Translations under genes and position numbers: made by a program
Part shown: positions 1 to 13,200 of the stretch, in pieces
Numbering within the stretch: the first letter of the stretch is position 1
Layout: each line of letters opens with the position of its first letter
Notes under the pieces: model-generated
What the model saw: only the letters and a program-made list of their open reading frames with translations
Databases searched by the model: none
Told to the model about the DNA's origin: nothing
Assembly (NCBI GenBank): GCA_964016885.1
Contig: OZ024743.1
Span: 58,652,001-58,716,000, forward strand
Direction of reading: 5' to 3'
Length of the DNA stretch: 64,000 nt
DNA from: Eledone cirrhosa
Lineage: Eukaryota

Positions 1-17
1 TTATTATTATTATTATT

Positions 18-2673
18 CCTTGAATCTCAGTCATTGATGTTGGTTAACTGGAAAGTCCGTTGGAATGAATATCAAGCCACTACCTGCAGCCTCAGATATT
101 CAGAACGTATCGGAGGGTTCTTGCTGTTCCCAGCAAGCATGCCTTTTGAAGCGTTCCAAAAAGCATGAAGGTGCCGATTTTCTTTAACCATCCCTGGAAA
201 CTTTTGGAGATAGTCCCCAGTGCGCCTATGACAATCGGGATCACTTTGACTTCATGGCATTTCCAAATCATTTTTACCTCCCACTTTAAGTCCTGGTATC
301 GGTTAATTTTCTCCCTCTCCTTCTCTTGCACTCTCGTGTCGAATGGGCAAGCCACATCCACAATCAGACACGATCTTTTTTCTTTGTCCACAACCACCAG
401 GTCAGGTCTATTGTGTTCCAGTTTCTTGTCCGTCTGTATCCTAAAATCCCACAGCACCTTCACCTGATCGTTCTCCATCACCGCCTCTGGCCTATGCTCA
501 TACCATTTCTCAGAATGTGGTAAATTGTTTACTTTGCACAGGTGCCAGTGGATCACCCTGCCCATCACATCATGTCTCCAGTCCTTATAGTGGGTCTGGG
601 CTAGGTGTTTACACTCGGATACAATGTGAGCCACAGTCTCCTCTCTCTCTCCATAGATCCTGCACAGTGGGCTAGCCTCCTCCTTGTAAATATGGTGTTT
701 CAACCACTTCGTTTTGAGGGCCTGCTCCTGCGCAGCCATTAACATTCCTTCTGTAGCCTTTTTAAGGTCTCCTCTTCTCAACCAGTTCCATGTCTGTGGA
801 TCTCTAAATTCAATTTTCTCAAAGAAGGTACTATGAAGGGATTTTCCCTGAAGGCTGCTCTTTCTCCTTGATGTTATTTCCTCCTTGGACATCCCCTGGC
901 CTATTGTCCCCTCCTTCAGTACAGTTCTGAGCATTGGCTCCTTACTATCAGTCACGTATTTGTATAGGTTGTTTTTCTCCATCTGAACACAGTCCTCTAT
1001 GCTGATGAGACCTTTTCCAGCCTCAGATCTCCTTAGGTAGAGTCTATCGACATCACTCCTCTTGTGGAACATTTTGTAGATAGTCAATAGCTTCCTAGTC
1101 TTCCTATCCATTTCTTTTTGTTCAGCAACATTCCATGTCAGAATTCCCGCACTGTACCTAATAATGGACACAGCTCGGGAATTTACTGCGCTTATGGCAT
1201 TTCTGCTGATCAGATGTGACTTCAATACGCTCCTTATTCTCCGAATGTATTCAGTTCTTAACAATTCCTTCATTTTTTTGTTCTTTATGCCATCAGCCTC
1301 AAGAACGCCCAAACACTTGTATCCTTCCTCAGAGTCAATTTCCTTTATCATCTCACCTGTTGGTATCTGGATTCCGTTACTTCTGCTCAACCTACCCCTT
1401 CTCATCACAATGACTCCACACTTACTAATACCAAACTGCATATATATATCACTGCTGAAAAAACGGACAGTGTCAACAAGCACATCCAACTCCTTCTCAC
1501 TCTTCCCGAAGAGCTTAAGATCGTCTATGAAGAGGAGGTGATTGATGGGAAGCTCTCCATTTCCCAACTTGTATCCTGCTCTCACTTTTCGCAGCATAAT
1601 GGTCAAGGGCATCAGGGCAAGGACAAACAACAGAGGGGACAGGCTATATCCCTGGAAGATACCTCTCTTGATCTTCACGCTTCCCCAGGATTCTCCAGTT
1701 CATGTCAACTCTGTCTCCCAGGACCCCATACTCCTGCCCAGCAACTGTCTGATGTTATCTGCCACCTTGAAGATCTCCAGGCTTTTGGTGATCCAAGAAT
1801 GAGGCACCATGTCAAATGCCTTTCTGTAGTCTATCCATCCCATGGCAAGATCAGTGTGTCTCCTCCTGCAATTCCCCATTACCATCTTATCAATAAGTAA
1901 CTGGTCCTTTGTACCTCGTGACTTCTTTCGGCATCCTTTCTGTTCGTCCGGTAACAAGTTGTTTGTGAGGAGGTGATGGTAGATTTCCTCAGACACAATG
2001 CTCGTCAATAGTTTCCACATTACGGACATACATGTGATAGGTCTATAGTTGGTAACATCATTACCCTTGATTCGGTCTTTCATTATCAGAACTGTGGTAC
2101 CTTTTGTCAACCACTCTGGTTCTTCACCTGACATCAAGCAGTTATTGAACATGGTTGACAGTTTCGGGTGGAGGGATGTTAAATTTTTAATCCAATACCC
2201 CTGCACACCATCTGGGTCTGGTGATTTCCAGTTGTTTAGTTTTTTGGCCTGCCGCTTAAGAGTTTCAACTGTGATACTCAAATCAGTTTGTTGGTGTGCC
2301 TGCTCACCGATCTCCCTCTGTACTGTCTCAATCCACCCTGCCTGGACATTATGTCTAACATCCTGCTCCCATATTCCTCTCCAGAATGTTTTAGTTTGCT
2401 CCGCCCCAGGGATCAAGTCGTTGCCTCTTTCTTTCCCCTCAAGCTGTCCAAACAGCATCTTCTGGTTGTTGTCGAACATGCGGTTCTGTTTATACTGACT
2501 GACTCTGTTCTCGTATTGCCTGATTTTGGCACTCTTTGCTACAATGCGTTGCTTCAGTTCCTCTATGGTAATATTTAGCTTTTTCCTCCTAGTTTTGTAC
2601 TTTATTTCCAGTCTATTTTTAGTGTCTATGTTTTTTAGTGTCCCATTCAGTAGGGACTCAAGCTTTCCAATGT
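18..2673 (-). mobile_element. R4/Dong-clade non-LTR retrotransposon copy 1 (5'-truncated; RT + CCHC + RLE endonuclease; premature stop)
   Basis: ORFs 1700-2479 and 92-1678 are in one frame split by TGA at 1700-1702. RT motifs [14 protein letters not shown], QGxSLSP, LFIDDLK. Zinc knuckle CRIx..[13 protein letters not shown], and PD..D..K RLE motif (RPDLVVVD..IVDVACP..EKINRY). The 3' end abuts (TAA)n on the element strand. Confidence 0.93.
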
Positions 2674-2677
2674 ATCA

Positions 2678-2737
<60 letters not shown>

Positions 2738-2759
2738 TATTATTATTATTATTATTATT

Positions 2760-5415
2760 CCTTGAATCTCAGTCATTGATGTTGGTTAACTGGAAAGTCC
2801 GTTGGAATGAATATCAAGCCACTACCTGCAGCCTCAGATATTCAGAACGTATCGGAGGGTTCTTGCTGTTCCCAGCAAGCATGCCTTTTGAAGCGTTCCA
2901 AAAAGCATGAAGGTGCCGATTTTCTTTAACCATCCCTGGAAACTTTTGGAGATAGTCCCCAGTGCGCCTATGACAATCGGGATCACTTTGACTTCATGGC
3001 ATTTCCAAATCATTTTTACCTCCCACTTTAAGTCCTGGTATCGGTTAATTTTCTCCCTCTCCTTCTCTTGCACTCTCGTGTCGAATGGGCAAGCCACATC
3101 CACAATCAGACACGATCTTTTTTCTTTGTCCACAACCACCAGGTCAGGTCTATTGTGTTCCAGTTTCTTGTCCGTCTGTATCCTAAAATGCCACAGCACC
3201 TTCACCTGATCGTTCTCCATCACCGCCTCTGGTCTATGCTCATACCATTTCTCAGAATGTGGTAAATTGTTTACTTTGCACAGGTGCCAGTGGATCACCC
3301 TGCCCATCACATCATGTCTCCAGTCCTTATAGTGGGTCTGGGCTAGGTGTTTACACTCGGATACAATGTGAGCCACAGTCTCCTCTCTCTCTCCATAGAT
3401 CCTGCACAGTGGGCTAGCCTCCTCCTTGTAAATATGGTGTTTCAACCACTTCGTTTTGAGGGCCTGCTCCTGCGCAGCCATTAACATTCCTTCTGTAGCC
3501 TTTTTAAGGTCTCCTCTTCTCAACCAGTTCCATGTCTGTGGATCTCTAAATTCAATTTTCTCAAAGAAGGTACTATGAAGGGATTTTCCCTGAAGGCTGC
3601 TCTTTCTCCTTGATGTTATTTCCTCCTTGGACATCCCCTGGCCTATTGTCCCCTCCTTCAGTACAGTTCTGAGCATTGGCTCCTTACTATCAGTCACGTA
3701 TTTGTATAGGTTGTTTTTCTCCATCTGAACACAGTCCTCTATGCTGATGAGACCTTTTCCAGCCTCAGATCTCCTTAGGTAGAGTCTATCGACATCACTC
3801 CTCTTGTGGAACATTTTGTAGATAGTCAATAGCTTCCTAGTCTTCCTATCCATTTCTTTTTGTTCAGCAACATTCCATGTCAGAATTCCCGCACTGTACC
3901 TAATAATGGACACAGCTCGGGAATTTACTGCGCTTATGGCATTTCTGCTGATCAGATGTGACTTCAATACGCTCCTTATTCTCCGAATGTATTCAGTTCT
4001 TAACAATTCCTTCATTTTTTTGTTCTTTATGCCATCAGCCTCAAGAACGCCCAAATACTTGTATCCTTCCTCAGAGTCAATTTCCTTTATCATCTCACCT
4101 GTTGGTATCTGGATTCCGTTACTTCTGCTCAACCTACCCCTTCTCATCACAATGACTCCACACTTACTAATACCAAACTGCATATATATATCACTGCTGA
4201 AAAAACGGACAGTGTCAACAAGCACATCCAACTCCTTCTCACTCTTCCCGAAGAGCTTAAGATCGTCTATGAAGAGGAGGTGATTGATGGGAAGCTCTCC
4301 ATTTCCCAACTTGTATCCTGCTCTCACTTTTCGCAGCATAATGGTCAAGGGCATCAGGGCAAGGACAAACAACAGAGGGGACAGGCTATATCCCTGGAAG
4401 ATACCTCTCTTGATCTTCACGCTTCCCCAGGATTCTCCAGTTCATGTCAACTCTGTCTCCCAGGACCCCATACTCCTGCCCAGCAACTGTCTGATGTTAT
4501 CTGCCACCTTGAAGATCTCCAGGCTTTTGGTGATCCAAGAATGAGGCACCATGTCAAATGCCTTTCTGTAGTCTATCCATCCCATGGCAAGATCAGTGTG
4601 TCTCCTCCTGCAATTCCCCATTACCATCTTATCAATAAGTAACTGGTCCTTTGTACCTCGTGACTTCTTTCGGCATCCTTTCTGTTCGTCCGGTAACAAG
4701 TTGTTTGTGTGGAGGTGATGGTAGATTTCCTCAGACACAATGCTCGTCAATAGTTTCCACATTACGGACATACATGTGATAGGTCTATAGTTGGTAACAT
4801 CATTACCCTTGATTCGGTCTTTCATTATCAGAACTGTGGTACCTTTTGTCAACCACTCTGGTTCTTCACCTGACATCAAGCAGTTATTGAACATGGTTGA
4901 CAGTTTCGGGTGGAGGGATGTTAAATTTTTAATCCAATACCCCTGCACACCATCTGGGTCTGGTGATTTCCAGTTGTTTAGTTTTTTGGCCTGCCGCTTA
5001 AGAGTTTCAACTGTGATACTCAAATCAGTTTGTTGGTGTGCCTGCTCACCGATCTCCCTCTGTACTGTCTCAATCCACCCTGCCTGGACATTATGTCTAA
5101 CATCCTGCTCCCATATTCCTCTCCAGAATGTTTTAGTTTGCTCCGCCCCAGGGATCAAGTCGTTGCCTCTTTCTTTCCCCTCAAGCTGTCCAAACAGCAT
5201 CTTCTGGTTGTTGTCGAACATGCGGTTCTGTTTATACTGACTGACTCTGTTCTCGTATTGCCTGATTTTGGCACTCTTTGCTACAATGCGTTGCTTCAGT
5301 TCCTCTATGGTAATATTTAGCTTTTTCCTCCTAGTTTTGTACTTTATTTCCAGTCTATTTTTAGTGTCTATGTTTTTTAGTGTCCCATTCAGTAGGGACT
5401 CAAGCTTTCCAATGT
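2760..5415 (-). mobile_element. R4/Dong-clade retrotransposon copy 2 (near-identical to copy 1, same truncation point)
   Basis: ORFs 2834-4420 and 4442-5221. Offset 2742 bp from copy 1, same stop codon, same 5' junction ...ccaatgt|atcaa(ata)n. Confidence 0.93.
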
Positions 5416-5419
5416 ATCA

Positions 5420-5470
<51 letters not shown>

Positions 5471-5489
5471 TATTATTATTATTATTATT

Positions 5490-8400
5490 CCTTGAATCTC
5501 AGTCATTGATGTTGGTTAACTGGAAAGTCCGTTGGAATGAATATCAAGCCACTACCTGCAGCCTCAGATATTCAGAACGTATCGGAGGGTTCTTGCTGTT
5601 CCCAGCAAGCATGCCTTTTGAAGCGTTCCAAAAAGCATGAAGGTGCCGATTTTCTTTAACCATCCCTGGAAACTTTTGGAGATAGTCCCCAGTGCGCCTA
5701 TGACAATCGGGATCACTTTGACTTCATGGCATTTCCAAATCATTTTTACCTCCCACTTTAAGTCCTGGTATCGGTTAATTTTCTCCCTCTCCTTCTCTTG
5801 CACTCTCGTGTCGAATGGGCAAGCCACATCCACAATCAGACACGATCTTTTTTCTTTGTCCACAACCACCAGGTCAGGTCTATTGTGTTCCAGTTTCTTG
5901 TCCGTCTGTATCCTAAAATCCCACAGCACCTTCACCTGATCGTTCTCCATCACCGCCTCTGGCCTATGCTCATACCATTTCTCAGAATGTGGTAAATTGT
6001 TTACTTTGCACAGGTGCCAGTGGATCACCCTGCCCATCACATCATGTCTCCAGCCCTTATAGTGGGTCTGGGCTAGGTGTTTACACTCGGATACAATGTG
6101 AGCCACAGTCTCCTCTCTCTCTCCATAGATCCTGCACAGTGGGCTAGCCTCCTCCTTGTAAATATGGTGTTTCAACCACTTCGTTTTGAGGGCCTGCTCC
6201 TGCGCAGCCATTAACATTCCTTCTGTAGCCTTTTTAAGGTCTCCTCTTCTCAACCAGTTCCATGTCTGTGGATCTCTAAATTCAATTTTCTCAAAGAAGG
6301 TACTATGAAGGGATTTTCCCTGAAGGCTGCTCTTTCTCTTTGATGTTATTTCCTCCTTGGACATCCCCTGGCCTATTGTCCCCTCCTTCAGTACAGTTCT
6401 GAGCATTGGCTCCTTACTATCAGTCACGTATTTGTATAGGTTGTTTTTCTCCATCTGAACACAGTCCTCTATGCTGATGAGACCTTTTCCACCCTCAGAT
6501 CTCCTTAGGTAGAGTCTATCGACATCACTCCTCTTGTGGAACATTTTGTAGATAGTCAATAGCTTCCTAGTCTTCCTATCCATTTCTTTTTGTTCAGCAA
6601 CATTCCATGTCAGAATTCCCGCACTGTACCTAATAATGGACACAGCTCGGGAATTTACTGCGCTTATGGCATTTCTGCTGATCAGATGTGACTTCAATAC
6701 GCTCCTTATTCTCCGAATGTATTCAGTTCTTAACAATTCCTTGATTTTTTTGTTCTTTATGCCATCAGCCTCAAGAACGCCCAAATACTTGTATCCTTCC
6801 TCAGAGTCAATTTCCTTTATCATCTCACCTGTTGGTATCTGGATTCCGTTACTTCTGCTCAACCTACCCCTTCTCATCACAATGACTCCACACTTACTAA
6901 TACCAAACTGCATATATATATCACTGCTGAAAAAACGGACAGTGTCAACAAGCACATCCAACTCCTTCTCACTCTTCCCGAAGAGCTTAAGATCGTCTAT
7001 GAAGAGGAGGTGATTGATGGGAAGCTCTCCATTTCCCAACTTGTATCCTGCTCTCACTTTTCGCAGCATAATGGTCAAGGGCATCAGGGCAAGGACAAAC
7101 AACAGAGGGGACAGGCTATATCCCTGGAAGATACCTCTCTTGATCTTCACGCTTCCCCAGGATTCTCCAGTTCATGTCAACTCTGTCTCCCAGGACCCCA
7201 TACTCCTGCCCAGCAACTGTCTGATGTTATCTGCCACCTTGAAGATCTCCAGGCTTTTGGTGATCCAAGAATGAGGCACCATGTCAAATGCCTTTCTGTA
7301 GTCTATCCATCCCATGGCAAGATCAGTGTGTCTCCTCCTGCAATTCCCCATTACCATCTTATCAATAAGTAACTGGTCCTTTGTACCATGTGACTTCTTT
7401 CGGCATCCTTTCTGTTCGTCCGGTAACAAGTTGTTTGTGTGGAGGTGATGGTAGATTTCCTCAGACACAATGCTCGTCAACAGTTTCCACATTACGGACA
7501 TACATGTGATAGGTCTATAGTTGGTAACATCATTACCCTTGATTCGGTCTTTCATTATGAGAACTGTGGTACCTTTTGTCAACCACTCTGGCACCTCACC
7601 CGGCACCAAGCAGTAATGAACATGGTTGACAGTTTCGGGTGGAGGGATGTTAAATTTTTAATCCAATACCCCTGCACACCATCTGGGTCTGGTGATTTCC
7701 AGTTGGTTAGTTTTTTTGCCTGCCCCTTAAGAGTTTCAACTGTGATACTCAAATCAGTTTGTTGGTGTGCCTGCTCACCGATCTCCCTCTGTACTGTCTC
7801 AATCCACCATGCCTGGTCATTATGTCTAACATCCTGCTCCCATATTCCTCTCCAGAATGTTTTAGTTTGTTCCGCCTCAGGGATCAAGTCGTTACCTCTT
7901 TCTTTCCCCTCAAGCTGTCCAAACAGCATCTTCTGGTTGTTGTCGAACATGCGGTTCTGTTTATACTGACTGACTCTGTTCTCGTATCGCCTGATTTTCT
8001 ACTCTTTGCTACAATGCGTTGCTTCAGTTCCTCTATGATAATATTTAGCTTTTTCCTCCTAGTTTTGTACTTTATTTCCAGTCTACTTTGGGTGCCTTTT
8101 TTTTTTAGTGTCCCATTCAGTAGTGACTCAAGCTTTCCTATGTCATTTCTCATTTCCTTGATTTGACCACTCAGTCGTTTCTTCCACCAAGGCTCTGCTC
8201 TTTCTTGTCTGTTGTTTCCTCTCGCTTTTATACCAAGTAGTTTCCTCACCGTATTTGCTGTTGCTTTGAGGATATTGTTGCACTGGTGAAGGTTCCTTGC
8301 TTCAAGGTATGGGATGACTTTGTTTACCTTAGCTGTTGTTTCTTTTAACTTTTTCCTGTCTACAAATCTTAGGTTCATAGGTCTCCCACTATCATTGTTC

Positions 8401-10186
8401 AATTCATCTACCACTAAATTTAGGATGTCAACCGAATCTTGTCCTAGCCCGTCAGCATTCATCTCCTCAGTGACCGTATCTCTGTTCCAGGTATTATTTA
8501 TCTCAGTATTCAGATCATTGTCTGCTTCGGGTGGTTCCTCCGTTCTCTCGACCTCTTCATCTTCATTTCCCACTGGCTCGTTTGTCTGGCATACTACACC
8601 CTCCATCTCCAAGCTATTCTCTCTGCTCAGTTCCTCCAGTTCCAGCTCGCTTATCCACCCATTAGTTCTTATTACACGAGCCTGCATGGCCAATTTTTGT
8701 TCATCTAATTTAAATAGACCAATCTCGTTCCAGATGTTATGCATCCGTCTCCTATAGCCCCTCTCCTTGGGGTTACTTTTCAGGTAACATTGCATAACAG
8801 TTCTATTCATTTCTTTCATCCAGTTGGTTCTGGCCCCTTTCCCTCATCTTCTTCCTCCAACACCAGCAGGATTTGGTTGACAGTCAGGTTCCTGCTGCTG
8901 AGCCAGGGAGCACCTGTTGGGTGAGAGTCTGTCACATGACTTTCTAGTCTTCATTTCACCGTTATTCGAACTGTTTAGGTTCGATATTTAAACACTCTTA
9001 TCGAGGATTCGCGAATGTATGGTTACATAGACATCTGTGGATTCACCCTCTCCGGTGGTTGCGCCGCTCCACTTGGCTCTTGTGTGGCATTATCACCACG
9101 CTGTAGACGAACACAAATAAACAAACAAACACACAGGCAGAAAAACCCCCCAAAATGAATAAGCATAAGTTTCATTGTAATGTAGTGTTCGAATGTCTGA
9201 CTTAGTTTTTCCCTTCTCTTCTCTGTCCGTCCGCCTGTTTCTCACTTCATTCTTATTTTCTTTACGTTTTTTTATTTTTTTTTTCTCGTTTTTTGCTGTT
9301 GTTGCTGCGCTGCTTTGGTTTTGATGTTTGTTTTATCTTTTTTCTTTTGAGTCTATCTATATATTTTGATGCCTTCCTCTTTTTTAGTAGGAATTTTATA
9401 ATGTGGTGGCAGCAACTAGCAGGAAGCAATGGGAGAGAATAGCGGCGGTAGCGATACTGAGACAGTGGTGGTGGTGATGTCGATACCGAGGCAGTGGTGG
9501 TGGTGATATGATCGTATTACTGTAGTGATGGTGTTGTAGCGGTGGTATCAATGAAGGAGTGGTGGCGGCGGTGATGGGATAGTGGTAGTAATGATGGCAC
9601 TAGTGATGGTGTTGTAGCGGTGGTAGCAATGAAGGACTGATGTCCGTTCGGTGAATCTATGGGGTTAGTCGCGTATATGTGTTGACCTAAATTCCCTTAA
9701 TGTTGGGATTAAACATTTTGTTAAGACTTGGGACAATAATAATAGTATTTATTATTATCCTTATTATGTTGAGATTGGTTGTGGTGGTGGTGAAATTGCC
9801 GTTATCTGGCTTTTGTGTTTAGTGTACACAGAGAGGTGATGGGGTAGGTGGTGTATCTAGTTTCTGGTGTTGGTGAGATTGGTGTTGTTTGGCTGTTCTA
9901 TATAGTGTAGACAGAGGAGGGGTGGGGTGGGGATGGGGGGTTCTTCTTCCATTTATAGCCATTTTCTTTTTTGAATATACAATGTACAATACAAAGTTGA
10001 ATATTTGAATATTTGAGCCTTATAACAATATATTTTGGGTCCGAATTTTTTGGGGGCTCAAGCCGGATGCTTTACGTAGCATTGGTACTAAGAGTTGTTA
10101 TTTCACAAATGATTTAAATATGTTAAAAATTCAAAACTTACGGGAGCGATTTCATGACCTTCTACCACCTCGTGCGTCTTCTTCCC
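5490..10186 (-). mobile_element. R4/Dong-clade retrotransposon copy 3 (apparently full length, frameshifted)
   Basis: ORF pieces 7884-8819, 7579-7950, 7172-7609 and 5564-7150. Likely ATG at 8954. About 1.2-kb 5' leader shared with copy 4. Flanked on both sides by TTA repeats. Confidence 0.92.
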
Positions 10187-10189
10187 TTA

Positions 10190-10270
<81 letters not shown>

Positions 10271-10282
10271 GTTGTTGTTATT

Positions 10283-13200
10283 CCTTGAATCTCAGTCATT
10301 GATGTTGGTTAACTGGAAAGTCCGTTGGAATGAATATCAAGCCACTACCTGCAGCCTCAGATATTCAGGACGTATCGGAGGGTTCTTGCTGTTCCAAGCA
10401 AGCATGCCTTTTGAAGCGTTCCAAAAAGCGTGAAGGGGCCGATTTTCTTTAACCATCCCTGGAAACTTTTGGAGATAGTCCCCAGTGCGCCTATGACAAT
10501 CGGGATCACTTTGACTTCATGGCAGTTCCAAAGCCTTTTCACCTCCCACTTTAGGTCCTGGTATCGGTTAATTTTCTCCCTCTCCTTCTCTTGCACTCTC
10601 GTGTCGAAAGGGCAAGCCACATCCACAATCAGACACGATCTTTTTTCTTTGTCCACAACCACCAGGTCAGGTCTATTGTGTTCCAGTTTTTTTTTTCTTT
10701 TTGTCCGTCTGTATCCTAAAATCCCACAGCACCTTCACCTGATTGTTCTCCATCACCGCCTCTGGCCTATGCTCATACCATTTCTCAGAATGTGGTAAAT
10801 TGTTTACTTTGCACAGGTGCCAATGGATCACCCTGCCCATCACATCGTGTCTCCAGCCCTTATAGTGGGTCTGGGCTAGGTGTTTACACTCGGATACAAT
10901 GTGAGCCACAGTCTCCTCTCTCTCTCCACAGATCCTGCACAGTGGGCTAGCCTCCTCCTTGTAAATATGGTGCTTCAACCACTTCGTTTTGAGGGCCTGC
11001 TCCTGCGCAGCCATTAGCATTCCTTCTGTAGCCTTTTTGAGGTCTCCTCTTCTCAACCAGTTCCATGTCTGTGGATCTCTAAATTCAATTTTCTCAAAGG
11101 AGGTACTATGAAGGGATTTTCCCTCAAGGCTGCTCTTCCTCCTTAATGTTATTTCCTCCTTGGACATCCCCTGGCTTACTGTCCCCTCCTTCAATACAGT
11201 TCTGAGCATTGGCTCCTTACTATAGGTCACGTATTTGTATAGGTTGTTTTTCTCCATCTGAACACAGTCCTCTATGCTGATAAGACAACTTCCACCCTCA
11301 GATCTCCTTACGTAGAGTCTATCGACATCACTCCTCTTGTGGAACATGTTGTAGATAGTCAATAGCTTCCTAGTCTTCCTATCCATTTCTTTTTGTTCAG
11401 CAACATTCCATCTCAGAATTCCCGCACTGTACCTAATAATAGACACAGCTCGGGAATTTACTGCGCTTATGGCATTTCTGCTGATCAGATGTGACTTCAA
11501 TACGCTCCTTACTCTCCGAAAGTATTCAGTTCTTAACAATTCCTTCATTTTTTTGTTCTTTATGCCATCAGCCTCCAGAACGCCCAAATACTTGTATCCT
11601 TCCTCAGAGTCAATTTCCTTTATCATCTCACCTGTTGGTATCTGGATCCCGTTACTTCTGCTCAACCTACCCCTCCTCATCACAATGACTCCACATTTAC
11701 CAATACCAAACTGCATACATATATCACTGCTGAAAATACGGACAGTGTCAACAAGCACATCCAACTCCTTCTCACTTTTCCCGAAGAGCTTAAGATCGTC
11801 CATGAAGAGGAGGTGATTGATGGTAAGCTCTCCCTTTCCCAACTTGTATCCTGCTCTCACTTTTCGCAGCATAATGGTCAAGGGAATCAGGGCAAGGACA
11901 AACAGCAGAGGGGACATGCTATCTCCCTGGAAGATACCTCTCTTGATCTTCACGCTTCCCAAGGATACACCAGTTGATGTCAACTCTGTCTCCCAGGACC
12001 CCATACTCCTGACCAGCAACTGTCTGATGTTATCTGCCACCCTGAAGATCTCCAGGCTTTTGGTGATCCAAGAATGAGGCACCATGTCAAATGCCTTTCT
12101 GTAGTCTATCCATCCCATGGCAAGATCAGTGTGTCTCCTCCTGCAATTCCCCATTACCATCTTATCAATAAGTAACTGGTCCTTTGTACCACGTGACTTC
12201 TTTCGGCATCCTTTCTGTTCGTCCGGTAACAAGTTGTTTGTGTGGAGGTGATGGTAGATTTCCTCAGACACTATGCTCGTCAACAGTTTCCACATTACGG
12301 ACAGACATGTGATAGGTCTATAGTTGGTAACATCATTACCCTTGATTCGGTCTTCATTACCACGACTGTGGTACCCTTTGTCAACCACTCTTGTACCTCA
12401 CCCGACATCAAGCAGTCATTGAACAGGGTTGTCAGTTTCGGGTGGAGGTATGTTATATTTTTAATTCAATACGCCTGCACACCATCTGGGCCTGGTGATT
12501 TCCAGTTGGTTAGTTTTATGGCCTGCCCTTTAAGAGTTTCAACTGTGATACTTAAATCAGTTTGTTGGTGTGCTTGTTCACTAATCTCCTTTTGTACTGT
12601 GTCGATCCACAGTTCCTGATCATTATGTTCAACATCCTGCTCCCATATTCCACTCCAGAATGTTATACTCTGTTCCGCCTCAGGGATCAAGTCGTTGCCT
12701 CTTTCTCTCTCTGCAAGCTGCCCAAACAACATCTTCTGGTTGTTGTCAAACATGCGGTTCATTCTATACTGACTGACTCTGCTCTCATACCGCCTAATCT
12801 TTGCACTGTTTGCTACAATGCGTTGCTTCTGTTCCTCTATGATAATATTTAGCTTTTTCCTCCTAGTTTTGTACTTTATTTCTTGTCTATTTTTAGTGTC
12901 TATGTTTTGTAGTGTCCCATTCACAAGGGACTCAAGCTTTCCAATGTCATTTCTCATTTCCCTGATTTGACCATTCAGTCGTTTCTTCCACCAAGGTTCT
13001 GATTTTTCTTGTTTGTTGTTTCCTCTCGTTTTTATGCCAAGTAATTTCCTCACCGCATTTGCTGTTGCTTTGAGGATATTGTTGCATTTGTGAAGGTTCC
13101 TCGCCTCAAGGTATGCGATGACTTTGTTTACCTTAGCTGTTGTTTCTTTTAACTGTTTCCTGTCTACAAATCTTAGGTTCATAGGTTTCCCACTATCATT

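Noticed and set aside
10140-10186. Possible HDV-like ribozyme at the 5' end of the R4/Dong element (CGC-CACCTCGT-GCG in copy 4)
   Set aside because: It lies antisense to the element, P1 pairs poorly, there is no P4/J4-2, and P3 is not conserved in copy 3.
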